Below, one piece after another: positions 16,967 through 30,849 of a stretch of DNA of 64,000 nucleotides. A program made the position numbers and the translations under genes. Each line of letters opens with the position of its first letter. Position 1 is the stretch's first letter. The notes below the pieces were generated by a model. It ran no database searches. It was not told the DNA's origin and worked only from the letters and a program-made list of their open reading frames with translations. The stretch covers positions 6,170,389 through 6,234,388 of the forward strand of contig CM121343.1 in the NCBI GenBank assembly GCA_051530055.1, in the 5' to 3' direction. This DNA is from Neoechinorhynchus agilis. Taxonomy: Eukaryota; Animalia; Acanthocephala.

Positions 16967-18468
16967 TCTGAAGCAAAAGCAAAAAGAAGCTACAAAACCA
17001 AAGTCGACGGAAAGCGCTATTCACGAATAAAAGAAGCAAAGTCACAAATTGAGTTTATGACTACGGAAAGTACATGACAGATTGGAATGCATTACGGATC
17101 GTTTGTTCCGCCGTGACGTGAATCTCACGCCGCACGGAAGTATGCGTGACCATTGATGAGTTCGGTTCCATCGATGACGAACGAAATGGCAGATTTTGAT
17201 GAAACCAAGCGAAGTGAGGGAAATTAGCAAGAAATTGGTTTGCCGATAATCGAATTTCAATTTCTTTCTGCTATGTGGACTTCTATTGAACGTTCTCGGT
17301 AGAGTTTTGTTAAATATTCGCCGTTTGAAGAGTTTCTCCAAAAAATGGCTTTTGTTTTATAAAAATTGACTATTTTCTCCAATCTAAAACCCCAAACCGT
17401 GTCTTTTTCAAACTCTCAAATGGATCTTTCTGGAGACTTGTGGCATCGAAAGACTCTAAGGTTCACATTATTTAACCTTTTTGTTCGAAACGCCAATCAT
17501 AATCTCAGTATCGTAGATTTGGTAAGTTCAAAGTTGATAGAAGCCTCGCGATTGTTCTAGACGTTGATAATTGTAGAGAACTGCTTTTTTCATTGTAAAC
17601 TGCGCAATCTTCGCTCGTAAAACACGATATATCATTTTTTGAGATATCTCAGACGCTATGCTAATGAGTATTTAGGAAATGCACTATGCGGAACAACGCT
17701 CCGTATTGGGAATACGCTTTTAAATAGCTAGGGATCTCTTCCTAGATTGCAGAATGACTCTAGCATCGAATCTACCATATCTATCAGTTTGAGTGAAATG
17801 TAAGGATTCACTTTATGCTGAAAAATCAATGTTCAATAAAAGGTAACTTTACAAACGTCCAGGGTTCCAACCGCTTTATTGGTACGGATCATTGGTGATC
17901 CGATTGTAGGAGAATTCCTTTTAGAAAACATAACTTTTTGAAATTTTGTCGAGATAAACAAGAAATTTTTTGCATTTTGTTTAATAGTAAACAATCTTTT
18001 TGTTTTCGTTTCCCTCAATTTAAACACTTTTTGTTTCATGGTCTTGTATCGATTCTCGATCCGTATTATCACCAATGAAAATGTTCATAGATGCTATTTT
18101 TCTATTTATTTTTCGTAAACTCGGGCTTATATAACTCATGCAATCTTTAACGTTAAGGGCCGGACTGTTATATATAAAAACAAAGTTTTTGTGCGTAAAT
18201 ATGGGGTTAAAGCTTCGAAAAGCTGATTAAATCTTGTGAAGATGGAGAAAAGTCCCATCAAGGGAACTTTAGCTAAGGGATCTCTAAGAGTAAAGTTATC
18301 GAAACTTTCTATGCTACTTCTCTTTCCTTATTTTTCCTGCCGCGATCTTAATTGAATTATGCAAATTCGATGTTTACCGATTAATCAACTGAAAAGTGGA
18401 TTGTGGTCTTGCTTTGAAAACACAATACGACAACAAAATCTTAAATTTGACCTGATTTGGGAATATCC

Positions 18469-19798
18469 TTAACAAAGATCATTAGTTCGAGCTTCCTCAC
18501 TGGTGGACGGCAAGTCTGTGCCATTTCTATTAGTTGGACGTGTAATTGTGCTGTTGTTTTTTTCCTTATTAGAATTTGAGTCGCTCACGTAAGCTGTCGA
18601 AGATATGTCTTCTTTATCTATAAGCTTGTGATTGTTTGAATCGAGGCGTGTTCTTTTCTCATCTTCGTCAATTATCACTTCTTCCTTGATTTCAATATCA
18701 TCTTTGACTTGACTATATCGTCGAGCCAATCTTCTTGAACTTTTTGTCTTCTTCATTGCACGTTTGTTAAAAATAGTTTCGTCCACTATCCACTTAGAGT
18801 TCTTTTCCCGCGAGACTCTTTGAAAGCAATCGTGAAGCGACAAGTTATGCCTTATTGCATTCTAAATTTCGAAATAAAAAGTTCGAATATTCAACGGAAT
18901 CAACTGACCTTCCACGTCTCAATGTTTATTCGAAAAAAGTGGAAATTCTGCTCGAACCATTTATAGATCTCATTGAGCGCTAGTCTCCTTTCAGGACTTT
19001 CCATTATAGCCTGCCGGATCAAGTCTGCGTAAGTGAACGGCGGTTTCTTGTTTAGTGTCAAATAAGCGCGACGTTTGGACACTAAAATTCATTGAGTTTT
19101 AAAAGCAATGAACTACACTTACCGTCAGATAGGTCCACTGGAACATGGCTGCTGATACTTACGTCATTTTCCGTTCCAATGTCTACCACCTCTGGACAAT
19201 TACCGTTGTCCGCATCGCCATCATTAGCAGCCCCGTTAAGATTGATATTAGTGTTTGTGCTAAGATTCAAGTTTTTTGTTTCAACTGACGTTGAAGTTAA
19301 ATGATTCGATGACACTTGATTTTGCGCCCGGTTCCCTCTCGCATAAGGAGAAGATCCAACAAGCAGTGATTGAGGTGTTGATAGAACTGGCAAGCGTTCA
19401 GCAACCCCAGTAGTCAAATTGATTCCCGTCGAATGGTGGCTATTGTTCAAGGCTCCGATAAGCTGCCTGTATGCATTGTGCCGCGCCTGCAAGTGAGCAT
19501 GCATTGATTGGAGAATCGCTTTGTTTTGTACATAGATTCGGTTGATTTGCTCAGTCGCTGTTGCCTGGACGCGATATTGGAAGAACGATTGTTCATTAGA
19601 ATCGTGGACAGTGTTCAGATGAATTCGAAATTCTTCAATACCATCTATTCTCTGACCACACTCAGGCCACATGCACCGTCCATCTTGGAAAAGTGCGTTA
19701 TCCGAGTCTTGATTGTTTTGATAGCTCCTAAGAAGTGCATCTCTCACTCCTGGACTGGTAAGAAGTTCTTGAATCAGTGAATTCGGAGAAGTAGTCAT
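18469..19798 (-). CDS. FoxP: Forkhead box P transcription factor (C2H2 finger, zipper, forkhead), 3 exons
   Basis: CMWPECG...HLNTVH finger, QYRVQ zipper start, and [16 protein letters not shown]...ETWK|[13 protein letters not shown]...WIVDE with introns near 19081-19121 and 18863-18909. Start placed at the ATG following the acceptor at 19809. Confidence 0.93.
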
Positions 19799-19829
19799 AT
19801 GTATATATCTGTAAAAGTAGCACGGTTTT

Positions 19830-20700
19830 GGGGAAGAAGTTGCAGTTGATATGTGTGTGTGTGTCGAAGGGTCTTGCATTGTTACCCCGGAGCAATTTAG
19901 CGTATTTACTCAGTCAACAATGGATTGTCATAGGGAAACTGTGTCAACAAAGGACAAAATGAGTGTGTAGGAAGAGGGAAGCGTGAGTGTGCGTTTGGGT
20001 TTTTGAGCATTCGGCGTTTTTTCTAGTTCGTTGGGCGCTATCAGCGAAAAAAAGCAGTGGATCCAGGCAAGTAAACAGAATTGTTGTGTTTTTTCGCGGT
20101 AAAGGTGTTCCACGGGACGTGTTGCGACAAATACTTGACGGTTGACAATGCTGTAGGCAAAATCGTTATTACACACACGCACACTGTGGTCGGGACTTGT
20201 GTGCATCGTTAGGGAATGCCTCCGTTAGCGCAAAACTTTGCGTTCTACTGCTCTTTGCACACAACACTGCCTAGTGCGCACGCACACACACACACACCAA
20301 CGAACCAACGAACCCTTTAAAAATATCCGCCGCGTGCCACCACCACCACAACAAAAAACAAACAGCCATCGTCATCATCGTACACCCTTCCGAGCAGTAA
20401 ATAGTGCGCTGCTGGTGCACAGGCATCACCACGCCGTAGCGACGGCACTGGAAACAACACACGACGTGTAATGTGTACACACGCGCACGCGCACGCGCAT
20501 TGTTGTTTTCGAGAGGGCGCATTTTGTTGTTAGCAGCAGCAGCAGCAGCAGTCGGATGCAAAGAGCGATTTCTAATGATGGAAAAAGAAGAAACCACTGT
20601 TCAGAGCGTGAACGAATGTGACCCTAAACTTTTATGCTTTCCTCGTGCTCACGTAAATAAGCAACGGTGAAATCTTCAATGCTATAAAAGAACAGGTCCT
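19830..20700. promoter_or_regulatory. GC-richer low-complexity upstream region of FoxP with (CA)n and (GCA)n tracts
   Basis: CA/GT and GCA repeats at about 19853, 20281, 20477 and 20533; composition differs from the AT-rich spacers; no convincing ORF. Confidence 0.3.
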
Positions 20701-21364
20701 TTGCTATACAATTTCCCTTAACATACATTAGTTCTCTCGGTATGGAAGAGGCTAGACTGTATACTTCATTGTGACAAAGTGAAAAATCTCAATCAACAAA
20801 TGCAACTTGCCAGACTGACTCTATCTATACTGATGATCGGCAACGTAGTCGCATTATATCTTTAAAATCAATTCCGTTGAAATTTCGGAAAACCGGTAAA
20901 CAACCATCAATGAGCCTTCGCGCACTTTGCCACGATTAGTATACGTTTTAAAGTTTGTTGCCAAACAAAGCATTTACCTTACTCATAGAATTAAACTCTT
21001 CTACATGTGCAACTTTTGAACGTAAGCGAGAAGACAGCAGAAGAAGGACTGTTTGCTCTTCCACTTTCATTATGCACAACAAACTTTGACTGCCGTTCGG
21101 TCCTTAGTATCTGATTTAAAATAGTTAAACAATTTACAAAATCTTCTAGACTTGTTAACGAATTCCTGATGACAAATAAGTTTAATTTTAAAAGAATTAC
21201 GTAGCAGTTATCAAAACGTTCAAAAATGTAAACGAGTTCAAGGCTGACAAGTAGCCAAAAGGACGATCCTTAAACAATGAGAAGCGATCAATAAAATATC
21301 TCTTATCCGATTCATCGAAATATTTCCCTTATAAATCAAATATACTATTACCGGGAGTATTTTA

Positions 21365-21413
21365 ACCAAAATTATACTTTGACTAACCCGAAGGATTTTC
21401 TCTGTCGATGATG
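21365..21413 (+). repeat. Short dispersed repeat, copy 1 (copy 2 at 52152-52200)
   Basis: Identical 23-nt core aaggattttctctgtcgatgatg at 21391-21413 and 52178-52200, with further upstream similarity. Confidence 0.8.
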
Positions 21414-24400
21414 TATAAAATAACAAAATTCTACATTACCTTCGTCTTGATTATAAACTTCATTGCTTTTGTCTTGTTCATTGAAAACGAACTTGCTCTT
21501 TGAATGTGATAGTGAGGAGATAAGGTTGAAGAACAACAACCGTGGTAGAGTAATACCCGCATCAATGTCACCTTAAATATTATGTGTAAGCTTGTTGTTG
21601 TCAAGTTTAAAAAACACGGTTTGAACAAGCTTATTTTGACTTGATTACCTGAGAAATTAAACGTCATTTCGATTAGACAAGCAGCTCAAGTTGCCGCTCA
21701 ATTTTAATGTATTCCTCAAGACTTACCTTACGTCTGGCTAGCCCGTTACTTTTTTTATAACGTGTTGAAGTGAATATCCTTTCCATGGCTGATTATTTTC
21801 TATTGGTATACAGCTCACCGATCTGGGTCAGAAAAGTGATTCAATCACTTGGACTCTCAAAAACATGCGGTTATGAGTTTGTACGCATCCCTCCGGATCT
21901 TCAGATTCGGTGGGCTGCGTAATCAAGGAAAATTATCATCCGTGGTAGGGATGTCCACAACACATAAAAAGTCAGTTTTCTTGAGAACTAACCTAAAGCG
22001 ACTCAACCTTCTTTACGCTTTGAGGAACTGAAAGTGTAACGTTTGTGATTAGTATTTCGTTTCTTATTGAAAAGGGACTTTAATACAGAATTACGTGTCG
22101 AAAGTGATCACTTTTTGAAGTGCATGGACGTCGTTGATCAGCCCAAAAAACGACTAAGGATCCGAGTAAAAAGCGGACGCTTTCAAAGTACACAAACACC
22201 AATCAATATGACAAAATTGAGTCATTAGCAACGACGCAAGGAAGTTTTCTCGGTGTATAATTTTAAAACGATCGCACCACTGCAATACTAAGATGTTAGT
22301 AAATATTAAGACTGTAAATAAAAAAAGGTTTTCAATGGACCTACAAACAAACGTGCAATGTTTATTAACATTTTGTTAAACTTATCCACATTAAAAGTAT
22401 GTTGTCGCAATCGATTCCATTCGTGGTAAAAGTGAATATGGATTGAACTTTTTCTAGTACACTTAGAGAAATTTTCTGGTGCCCTTTACACTGTTTGTAT
22501 GAACCTAATGATAAAAACATTCAAGTCTTTGTTCACAATAGTCACTTTAACGCTCTTTGAGTTCAGCACAAAAAGGTCAGTCCAAAAGACGTAAATATAT
22601 TAAATGGGCAGGAAGTGGGAATGTTTCTACATGGACCTGTAGAGGTCTTTGATTGTACCAAATTGGAGGCAGGGGAAGGGTGCATTGGTGATATGCGCCA
22701 ACCTACACCTAAAACGTTCATACCAACGGTTTACATCATACTGTTTCACAACATGAAGCTTGTTTTCTTATATCCTTGGATGCCGGATTTAGAATCATAA
22801 TACCTGTTCCATTTTTTTTCAACATCTAACGACTGTCGAATATCGCTTTTCTGTCGATTGATGGCACGTAGATTCCCGCAATTACTCCATGTAAAGCCGT
22901 TTACTTACTCAACGTGAGTGGAGATAAAATGCTGGATCCCGAGAAGTGACACGATGGATCCAGATACGCTTATCAGCACTTCGAGTTGGATTTTCAGTAA
23001 AACTTCGAAGAGTACGTGCATCATTTCTGAAGTTCCGTAAATGCCTCAGATTATCTAAGTTAAAAATGACGATGGATTAATTATTAAGAACAATTTTTTA
23101 AAAGGGGTAATACTCAATTTGGCTGCAATAATCTGTAGCATTGATTACTTGGTCGAATGATGATGATGATGATGGAAATATTAAAACAAGTCTTATTTGA
23201 GCCAAATTTATGAGTTTATTTTTAAAAATCAAGATCAGTAAGACAGTTATTTATCAGTGGCATTGGATCAGTAGCAAATGCTTTTGACAACTGCGATCGA
23301 CACATTCCTTTTATTGTTAGAGAATATGGTAAGGAATCGCGAAAATGAGTCTTTGGTACGATGAACGATTTCGAGTGGTAAACTTTTAGAACAATTATAG
23401 AGTCAATAAAACCATTGAATTTATTTTCGCTTTTCTAAAAACACATTAGGAATTCTATGAAAAGAGGTGACAGTATCACAGAACGTTCTTATATCATGAA
23501 AAGTTTCAACTTTAATTACCTTGGGAAACTCAGCAATTATCTGATTGAAGGATGGCGAAGATTTGAGATCTTAGGACTTAAGATTGAGTTCAATTGCTTT
23601 TGTTCGATAAATAACAAATTAATGTAAACATGGTTGATGCGAAAAATGACACTGCTACGACTGAGCGATTGAGACAGGAAGAAGAAAATGCTCTTATGAA
23701 TGTAAGTGAATGGCGAAGTCGGTCGAAACGAGAAATGAAGCGAACCAATATTGAGTTAGGGCGTGGAAATGGCAATTGCAGATAATTCTGGACGCTTATT
23801 TTGAATTGAGTGTTATACTCAGAGGTTGAATTAAGCTGATCTTCGTTTTTCTCGGTGCTGATAATATGCATTGTTTATAGCGCGGACTCGATGTGTCCAC
23901 ATAATGTAATAAAGCATAAAAACTGTAAGGAAATCATTTGATCCAAAATAAAAGTTCTTGGTGAAGCTATCGGGTGATGAGAAAAGCGTGTAGTATCGAA
24001 ATCCAGTAAAACGTATATTAGTGGAAAGTTGAGCTGTAGGGAATCTACACTTCCTTTTTGAATGTGAATACTGACCAAGGAGACCACTGAGCAAAGGAAA
24101 CAGAACAATGGACCGAAATTCAACAATAAGAAGAGTTTAGTAGATAAAATAAATGCGCAGCACTTTTTAATAGTGGGAAACACTATAATAAAGCGATTTA
24201 TCTGATAATTTTAGAGTGTGGTTAGTTTATGAATTGTTATTGTGGCGTGGAAGGTTTTTTTGACAAATGGAAGAAAATCCTGGTACTAATCAAGGGCGCA
24301 CTTGTGTTCTATAATCTCAAGATTTTGTGTCAAACAAGTAAACAGTTTATAAATAAACAAACATGCAAAACAAATCATCAATAGCAGAGATCGAGATCGG

Positions 24401-24920
24401 AAAACGAATAAATTACAGCGGATCAAGTACCTGCATCTTGGCGGTTCCCTTGTGGGCACGGTTGTTGTGGAGAATCGCATTTACGTTACCCTTTTGATTG
24501 AATTTTTCATGTTTTTTTATATGGCGAAGACAAAAATAAATTACTTTAATTTTCCGCCATTTAAAAACTTCCGTAAAATTAAAAATGCGGACAACTATTC
24601 AATATGTTTATGTTTTAAACGAATAGAAGCAAGAGACGATCTGTCCTTAAGTCTTACAGTGAATGTTACTTATTTTTAAAGATTTATCAGCGACGATCGC
24701 GGTTTGAACAAAGGGTTTTTTCTGCGAATGTTGTTAAAAGGATTCCAAGTTCCCGTTTGCGATTGCGAATAAACCTAATTTTTACATCAAATAGAAGCTA
24801 AATTCTTGAAATGTCTCAGTGGATTATAAATCTTAGCGTAAAATTCCAAAACAGTTGCACCAGCATGCAAAATCATAATATGTTAACTTCTTAAATCAAA
24901 TTATTTCACAGACTCATACA

Positions 24921-27913
24921 TCATTCCTTTTCAATCGTTCGATCTGCGTTCTTAGTAGCATCGGCTTTGTTTCGATTTTTAAATTGATCAATCGAATAAT
25001 TCCGTGGCATTGAAGCCCTTGCTGCTCGTTGATACTCTGGATCGGATTCAAAATGTTTACTGATTTCTGCGAACGTTGGTCTCTTATTTTCGTCTATTTG
25101 CCAGCAACAGAGCATTAATCTATAGGTGGAAAGGGGACATGCTTGAGGTCGGTTCAATCTACGATTGCTTCTAATAAACTGAAGAACCTCTGGTCCATTA
25201 AATTCTCCATACGGGTGCTTCCCGAAGGAAAACATTTCCCATAATGTAACGCCGTAGCTCCATACATCTGACTTACTCGTAAAGCGACCGTACTCAATCG
25301 CCTCAGGTGCATACCATTTAATAGGGATTTTACTCGGACTCGATTGGGAGTAAACACTATCAACAGTATGACGAGATAATCCGAAATCTGATACTTTCAC
25401 TTGATAAACAGAGGCGACCAGGACGTTTCTGGCTGCCAGATCTCTATGAACGAAGTTTTTTGATTCCATATAATTCATTCCGTCGGCGATTTGGGTAGCC
25501 CAAACTTTGAGACGAGCCTCTGTCACGAAATCAGATAATGGAGACTTTTTTCGTTGTACTTTACTAGATTTTACAAAATCAATCAGCGATCCATGGGGTA
25601 GTAATTCCTGTATTAAGAAGAACGATCTTAAGTAAATAGATACCCCTGTTCAGCAGGTCGTTTCTTCTCGGGTACCATCATAAGGCTAACTTCATTTACG
25701 ATTCCATAAATTTTGACGACGCAGTGATGGTTAAGCTGCTCCATTATCTGAGCTTCCCTGAGGAATTCCCGTCGACCTTCTTCTGACATGTCTTTTAGAA
25801 TCTTTACTGCTACCCCTATCTGTCGCCGCTTCACTTTTGTCGAACCGGTCATTGGAAATCTTTTACTTATTAATGCACCGTCGGATTCGCATTTAGCCTT
25901 GTTAGCATTATGCTCATGTAAAAAATTCCTTTTAATCGCGATAGAGGATGGAGGCTCGTCATACGTTACAGGAGTGCTCACATTCAATTTACCTTCCCAT
26001 ACATATCCGAACTCACCTTCACCTAGAGATTTAATTAGCTGGATATCAGCTAGTGGTATAATCCTGAGGTTACATGGATTCGATGATGCGACTACTGGTC
26101 GTTTAACTCTCTGCTCCTCGGGAATCTGAACTCGTTGAACTTTATCAACGTCCATTAGTTGGCACTGGCTTTCCTCCTTCTGTTCATTATTAACAGCAGT
26201 GTTTTCAGCCCCATCGTCGTTCTCCAAAGGATGAAAGGCACCGGCGTGGTCAACTCCAACGGTCAAACTCGCCGGTAGACCATCAGAGAAACACCGGTAA
26301 TGATTTACTAACTGAGCTACGGAATCAAAATATGGACCGTCGTTCACGTAATACTTATTACCGACAGTGGTACTGATCTGGTAATGATAAACAGCACTGT
26401 CTGCCCAGATACTAAGCACAAGACTTGAGTACTGATTGGTCGAACCTGCTGTTTGATACGAACCTCTTCTAACCAAGAAAGTTCCATCTCCGTCGGAAAT
26501 TAGCATTCATTTTCTATGACCACCCACAATGCTAAGCTCCAACTCATAGGCTTTCTTAACTGAGATTTACTCAACAAAAGGGCAGATCTTGCTCTGTCCG
26601 TCTTTGTCAACAGATCATCATGGAGCCAATTCGATGTGGGTAAAACAGGATTCAAATCTGGTCGGTAGTTAAGGAGGATATCGATTATTGAACCTGTGTG
26701 CCACCTCATCACACTTTCATTCCGTCGAGCAATATCCAACGGAGTACGATTGTCAATGGTTCTTGGGTGAGCTGGTACACCGAAATCTTTAAGCAGAATA
26801 TTTACACATTCAATGCTATTTGCTTCTGCAGCTTCATGTAACGGGACTCGAAGATTATAAGGATTTCGAACATACGATGATCCGTCGACGCAAATGCTCA
26901 ACAGCAGTCTAAGTGTCATCGGTTCATTCGACTGGGCAGCCCTGTGTATGGCAGTAAATCCATTTGCATCTATCTCAAGAATAAGTCTGTCAATATTCTC
27001 GTCGTTCAAATCAGCGGCTGCAAGAAGAGCTTGACATATTTCTAAGTGACCCAAAGAGGCAGCTTCATGCAGAGCTGTAGATCCCACTATGTTTTTTTCA
27101 ATCAATGATGGTCGATTTTTGCATTGCAATATTAGTTTTGTGGTTTCCAAATCACCTTGACAGCATGCTCTGTGGAGTACATTATCAAACGGTCCAAATT
27201 TACGGCAGACTAAAATATAGGTTCTCAAAATAATGTTTCCGATCTTCATTAATAATTAAGAACCTATACAACAATGGAATCGATTCTGATTGCCTTATCG
27301 TCTTTGAAAGCTCGTCAGTTATAGTTGTACACGCCGAGGATAGAGTGCATGGGAGACCATGTGCGCCGGTTGAGTAATGAGAAATGAGTTGATCTAGGCC
27401 ATGAAATATTCGCGTTTCTCCTTCAACAAAGAAAAGTGGCCCTCTGGCAATTGGTGGTTTATGGAAATTGCCTTTAGAACCGTTCTTCAGCAATGAATTG
27501 TTATGCGAGAGAGTATTATCGGAAGCATTTACAGCACAAATCCGAAAATGGTAGCAAGCTGAATGATGGATCATCGACAGACTAAAATCCCCTGGACCAC
27601 TGGAGCAGCAGTCTCTGAGTAGAAAAGTTCCACTATTTTGGGAAGACTTCATAAGAGCTTGATCTGCGTCATGTCGGCTCAATCGCTTATAATAACAATT
27701 GAACAGACTATTTTTGTCTGAATCGACGACCCGTTGTTCTTCTTTGCAAAGAAGAGTCACCATATCACTCATATCCTGAGGTATATGAGTAGAATTGGAT
27801 TGATTTATTGAAGGATGGGAGGTCGCATTTGTACATTTAGCAGCTTGTAGCTGGTCGAATGCATTAGACAGTTCTTGTTTCGTCAACGGATCGCTTACTC
27901 GCATTCGTATCAT
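24921..27913 (-). CDS. shark: Shark/HTK16-type tyrosine kinase (SH2-ankyrin-SH2-kinase)
   Basis: SH2 GTFLLRDC, ankyrin repeats (STALHEAA, VPLHEAA, TPLDIA), second SH2 GTFLVRR...YHYQI, then kinase GEGEFG, VAVK, HRDLAARN, DFG, PIKWYAPE, SDVWSYG. This domain order is characteristic of Shark. Confidence 0.93.
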
Positions 27914-30849
27914 CACTGGAATTGTTTATTTTCTATGAAAAAAAAGGATTTAAAGTCTCATTTGAGTTTATTCTCTTCCTGGCAAGTTTCTTTGGTATCG
28001 TTGTTGATGCTGCTGGTGGTGGTGGTGCATACAAATTCAAAGCACACGCACAAAGTAGATGGGAGGAGCAGGAGACACTGAGTGTTTTCGATGCTGAAAG
28101 GTTGTAGGGGCAACACAGGGAACGTGTTAATGCCGGTGTAAAGAGCAGAATAATAGTCTGTTGATGTCTGCGAAGGATGAAAGCTAGAGTGGAATAAAAA
28201 GAGAACAAATATTGGACTTAATACCGACTCGGTGAATGCTTTTCTCGAATTGAATGCCTCTTTTAAGACGACAACTTTTCAGCTTTAAGTATTCATCACT
28301 ACTAATGAGGCAAAGAAAAAAGACTAGTTCCTAATTAGTCAACGGTGGTCGATACCTACGGAAATGTCACATCTTTTACCTTCAGGTCGATTGTAGTGGT
28401 TCTTTTCTCTTCTTCATCGCCGTCTCCTTGTTGCTGTAATAGCAGTACAACTGCCACACTGTGCTCGCTGCACACATTGTACATTCCTGTAGGTGCGCAC
28501 TGTCACGGTGTACGCCCTAGGTATAAAAATGTTGCAACCTTCACAATTGTCTTAGATTATAGAAAAAACAAAATGCCCCGTTTTAGTGTCCATAGAAATA
28601 CAGAACCATTAACAACAGTTGAAATTGTCCTGCCATACAAACGGTACACACACATACGTTTTTAGATCTATTTTCTTTGCGATAATGCTACAATTACGAA
28701 ATCCTGTAGGGATTTTAAGACAAGGATTCATACATTATCTTATATTCAAAACATCCTCCAAAAAACATCTAAATTGTCGAACTAAAAGTTATTAACCTTT
28801 CGGATATGCATCTTGCCATCTTAGTGGAATTTTATGTCGAATAATTCGATTCAGAACTCTTAAATGCCAATAACATTTTGTAGCGATTTTTCTTTAATAA
28901 CGGGGTTATGATTCAAGATGCATAATAACATTTTAATCTATTTTTATAACGCTACTTTTATACTATTTCATAATCTGCCATCATCCGATGAAAGTCGTCG
29001 CTTTTAAACATAACGTGCAATTAATGAAAATGAAATTAAGAATGGCAGTCTTTTCAGCGACAAAAAGCATTTTTGTTGTCTTAAAGATTATCTACCACAA
29101 AAATCGATTCATTTCGGAGTACAACCAGTATTAAAGGTCTTTTGGCGATTTGTCTAAATACTACATTCCTTTTTCGCTAATAAATCAACAGCCATGTCAC
29201 TGGAAAATGCAATAAAAGGGTCATGCCCACCAAATCTTTGAGGATAATCAATATAATGTTTCATCGTCCACCGATTACAACTGATAAAAGATTTAAAGGT
29301 TTCCTAATCAATTTATTGGCTGTTATAAGTAGAAAAAACGGACATGAAAAGTTTCAGGAAAAAATTAAAATAACCTTGGATTCAAATCACGATTTCGAAA
29401 ACTATGTACGTACTTTGGTGGTGCAGCGAAAAGAGAAGTTATACAAAACGACGTTAAATGTTTTGCGATCTTACTAAAGGTCGCTTGTAAACTAAGTTGT
29501 CCTACACCGCTGAATTCGGGCACACAGTCCACCGATTTCGGTCAAGGAAACGCTGGTCTGTGCTAAATATCCGGGACGATAAGAATTTAGTTTGAGCATC
29601 CCACCAAATACTCAGATACCGCCAACTTAGTTTACACCGATAAATGTAACTGGCTGAACCACGTCTACGCTACAAGAACTCACTCGCTTATCCGGATAAA
29701 CTTCGCCTTGAATTTAATCAAAGCGGATGCACTTGAAGCGAGAATGACTTCGTCGACAACCGTTTTTCAGCCAACTTTATAGAACTGGATATCCTGGAGC
29801 GTAAACATTATGCTACGTAGATCTCAATTAGCAAGTGATAAAATAACTCGTTTGCTTAGCAAATGAACAGCTTGTTGCTCGTGAGCTTTTAGAATTCCAT
29901 CTGACAAACGCGATTAATTATTGATCAACTATTTAGTCAAAGACGATTATTCGCAGTTCTCGTATAATGGAAAAACGATTGACCAATTTTGCGAGGTTTG
30001 CATTCGCCCAATTCGATTAGTCAATGAACTGAATATTTAGAACTAAGACAAAAAGCATTCATCGGCTCATAATTATCCTTCGGATCTTTAATATCAAAAA
30101 TTTACTTTCCTATCATTTTTAATGAGTATTATTTTCAAAAACGCTGCGAAGAATAACGTGAAAACTCGGTGGATTAAGGTAATCGAAAATGAAAGATTTC
30201 GATAAATTGCCTATATTAATTATGAACATTTGATTAAAGCAACTCTTATTTCGACGAATAAACTATATGCTAGGATCCAAATTTTTGAGCATGACTAAAA
30301 AATCAACCATTGACCATATAGAAAAGTCGCTCTGACTTTATCGTCCCTACACGAGTCTTACAGTTCTTGGGGCATCAAGCATAAAATAGTACATAAGTGA
30401 TTATTAAAATCGTCGCGACAGTAACAATAAACCCCGGCAAAAAATTTCAAATCAAATGTGAGTTTATGAATTCGAAACTCGCCATTTACTTCCATGACGA
30501 CCGGAGTTGGTCAAGAATTTCGAGATAATAGACTGCAGCCAATAAGAATACAGCAAGAGGCTACATTAGAAGCCGTCGTAAATTATTGCGAAAATGTAAA
30601 TTGTAGAGATTTATCGAATAACTCATAGTCACCTTTAAATAGTCAAAATGAATGAAAATAGTCTGGTGAGGAATATAATCACATAAAATATAATAATGGA
30701 AGATAAGAATCTTTTACATGATTTATTGAACGCAATATCTGTGATTTTGCTTTTAAGATGTACATTTAAATTTTTTTTAAATGGTTAGGTAATTTACTAT
30801 GGTTTTCACACCGAATGCCGAAAACAATGAACGAATTCATCGGATCATC

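Noticed and set aside
17800-18460. Second mutually exclusive forkhead exon of FoxP, as in insects
   Set aside because: No second NAxRHNLS-type exon is visible downstream.
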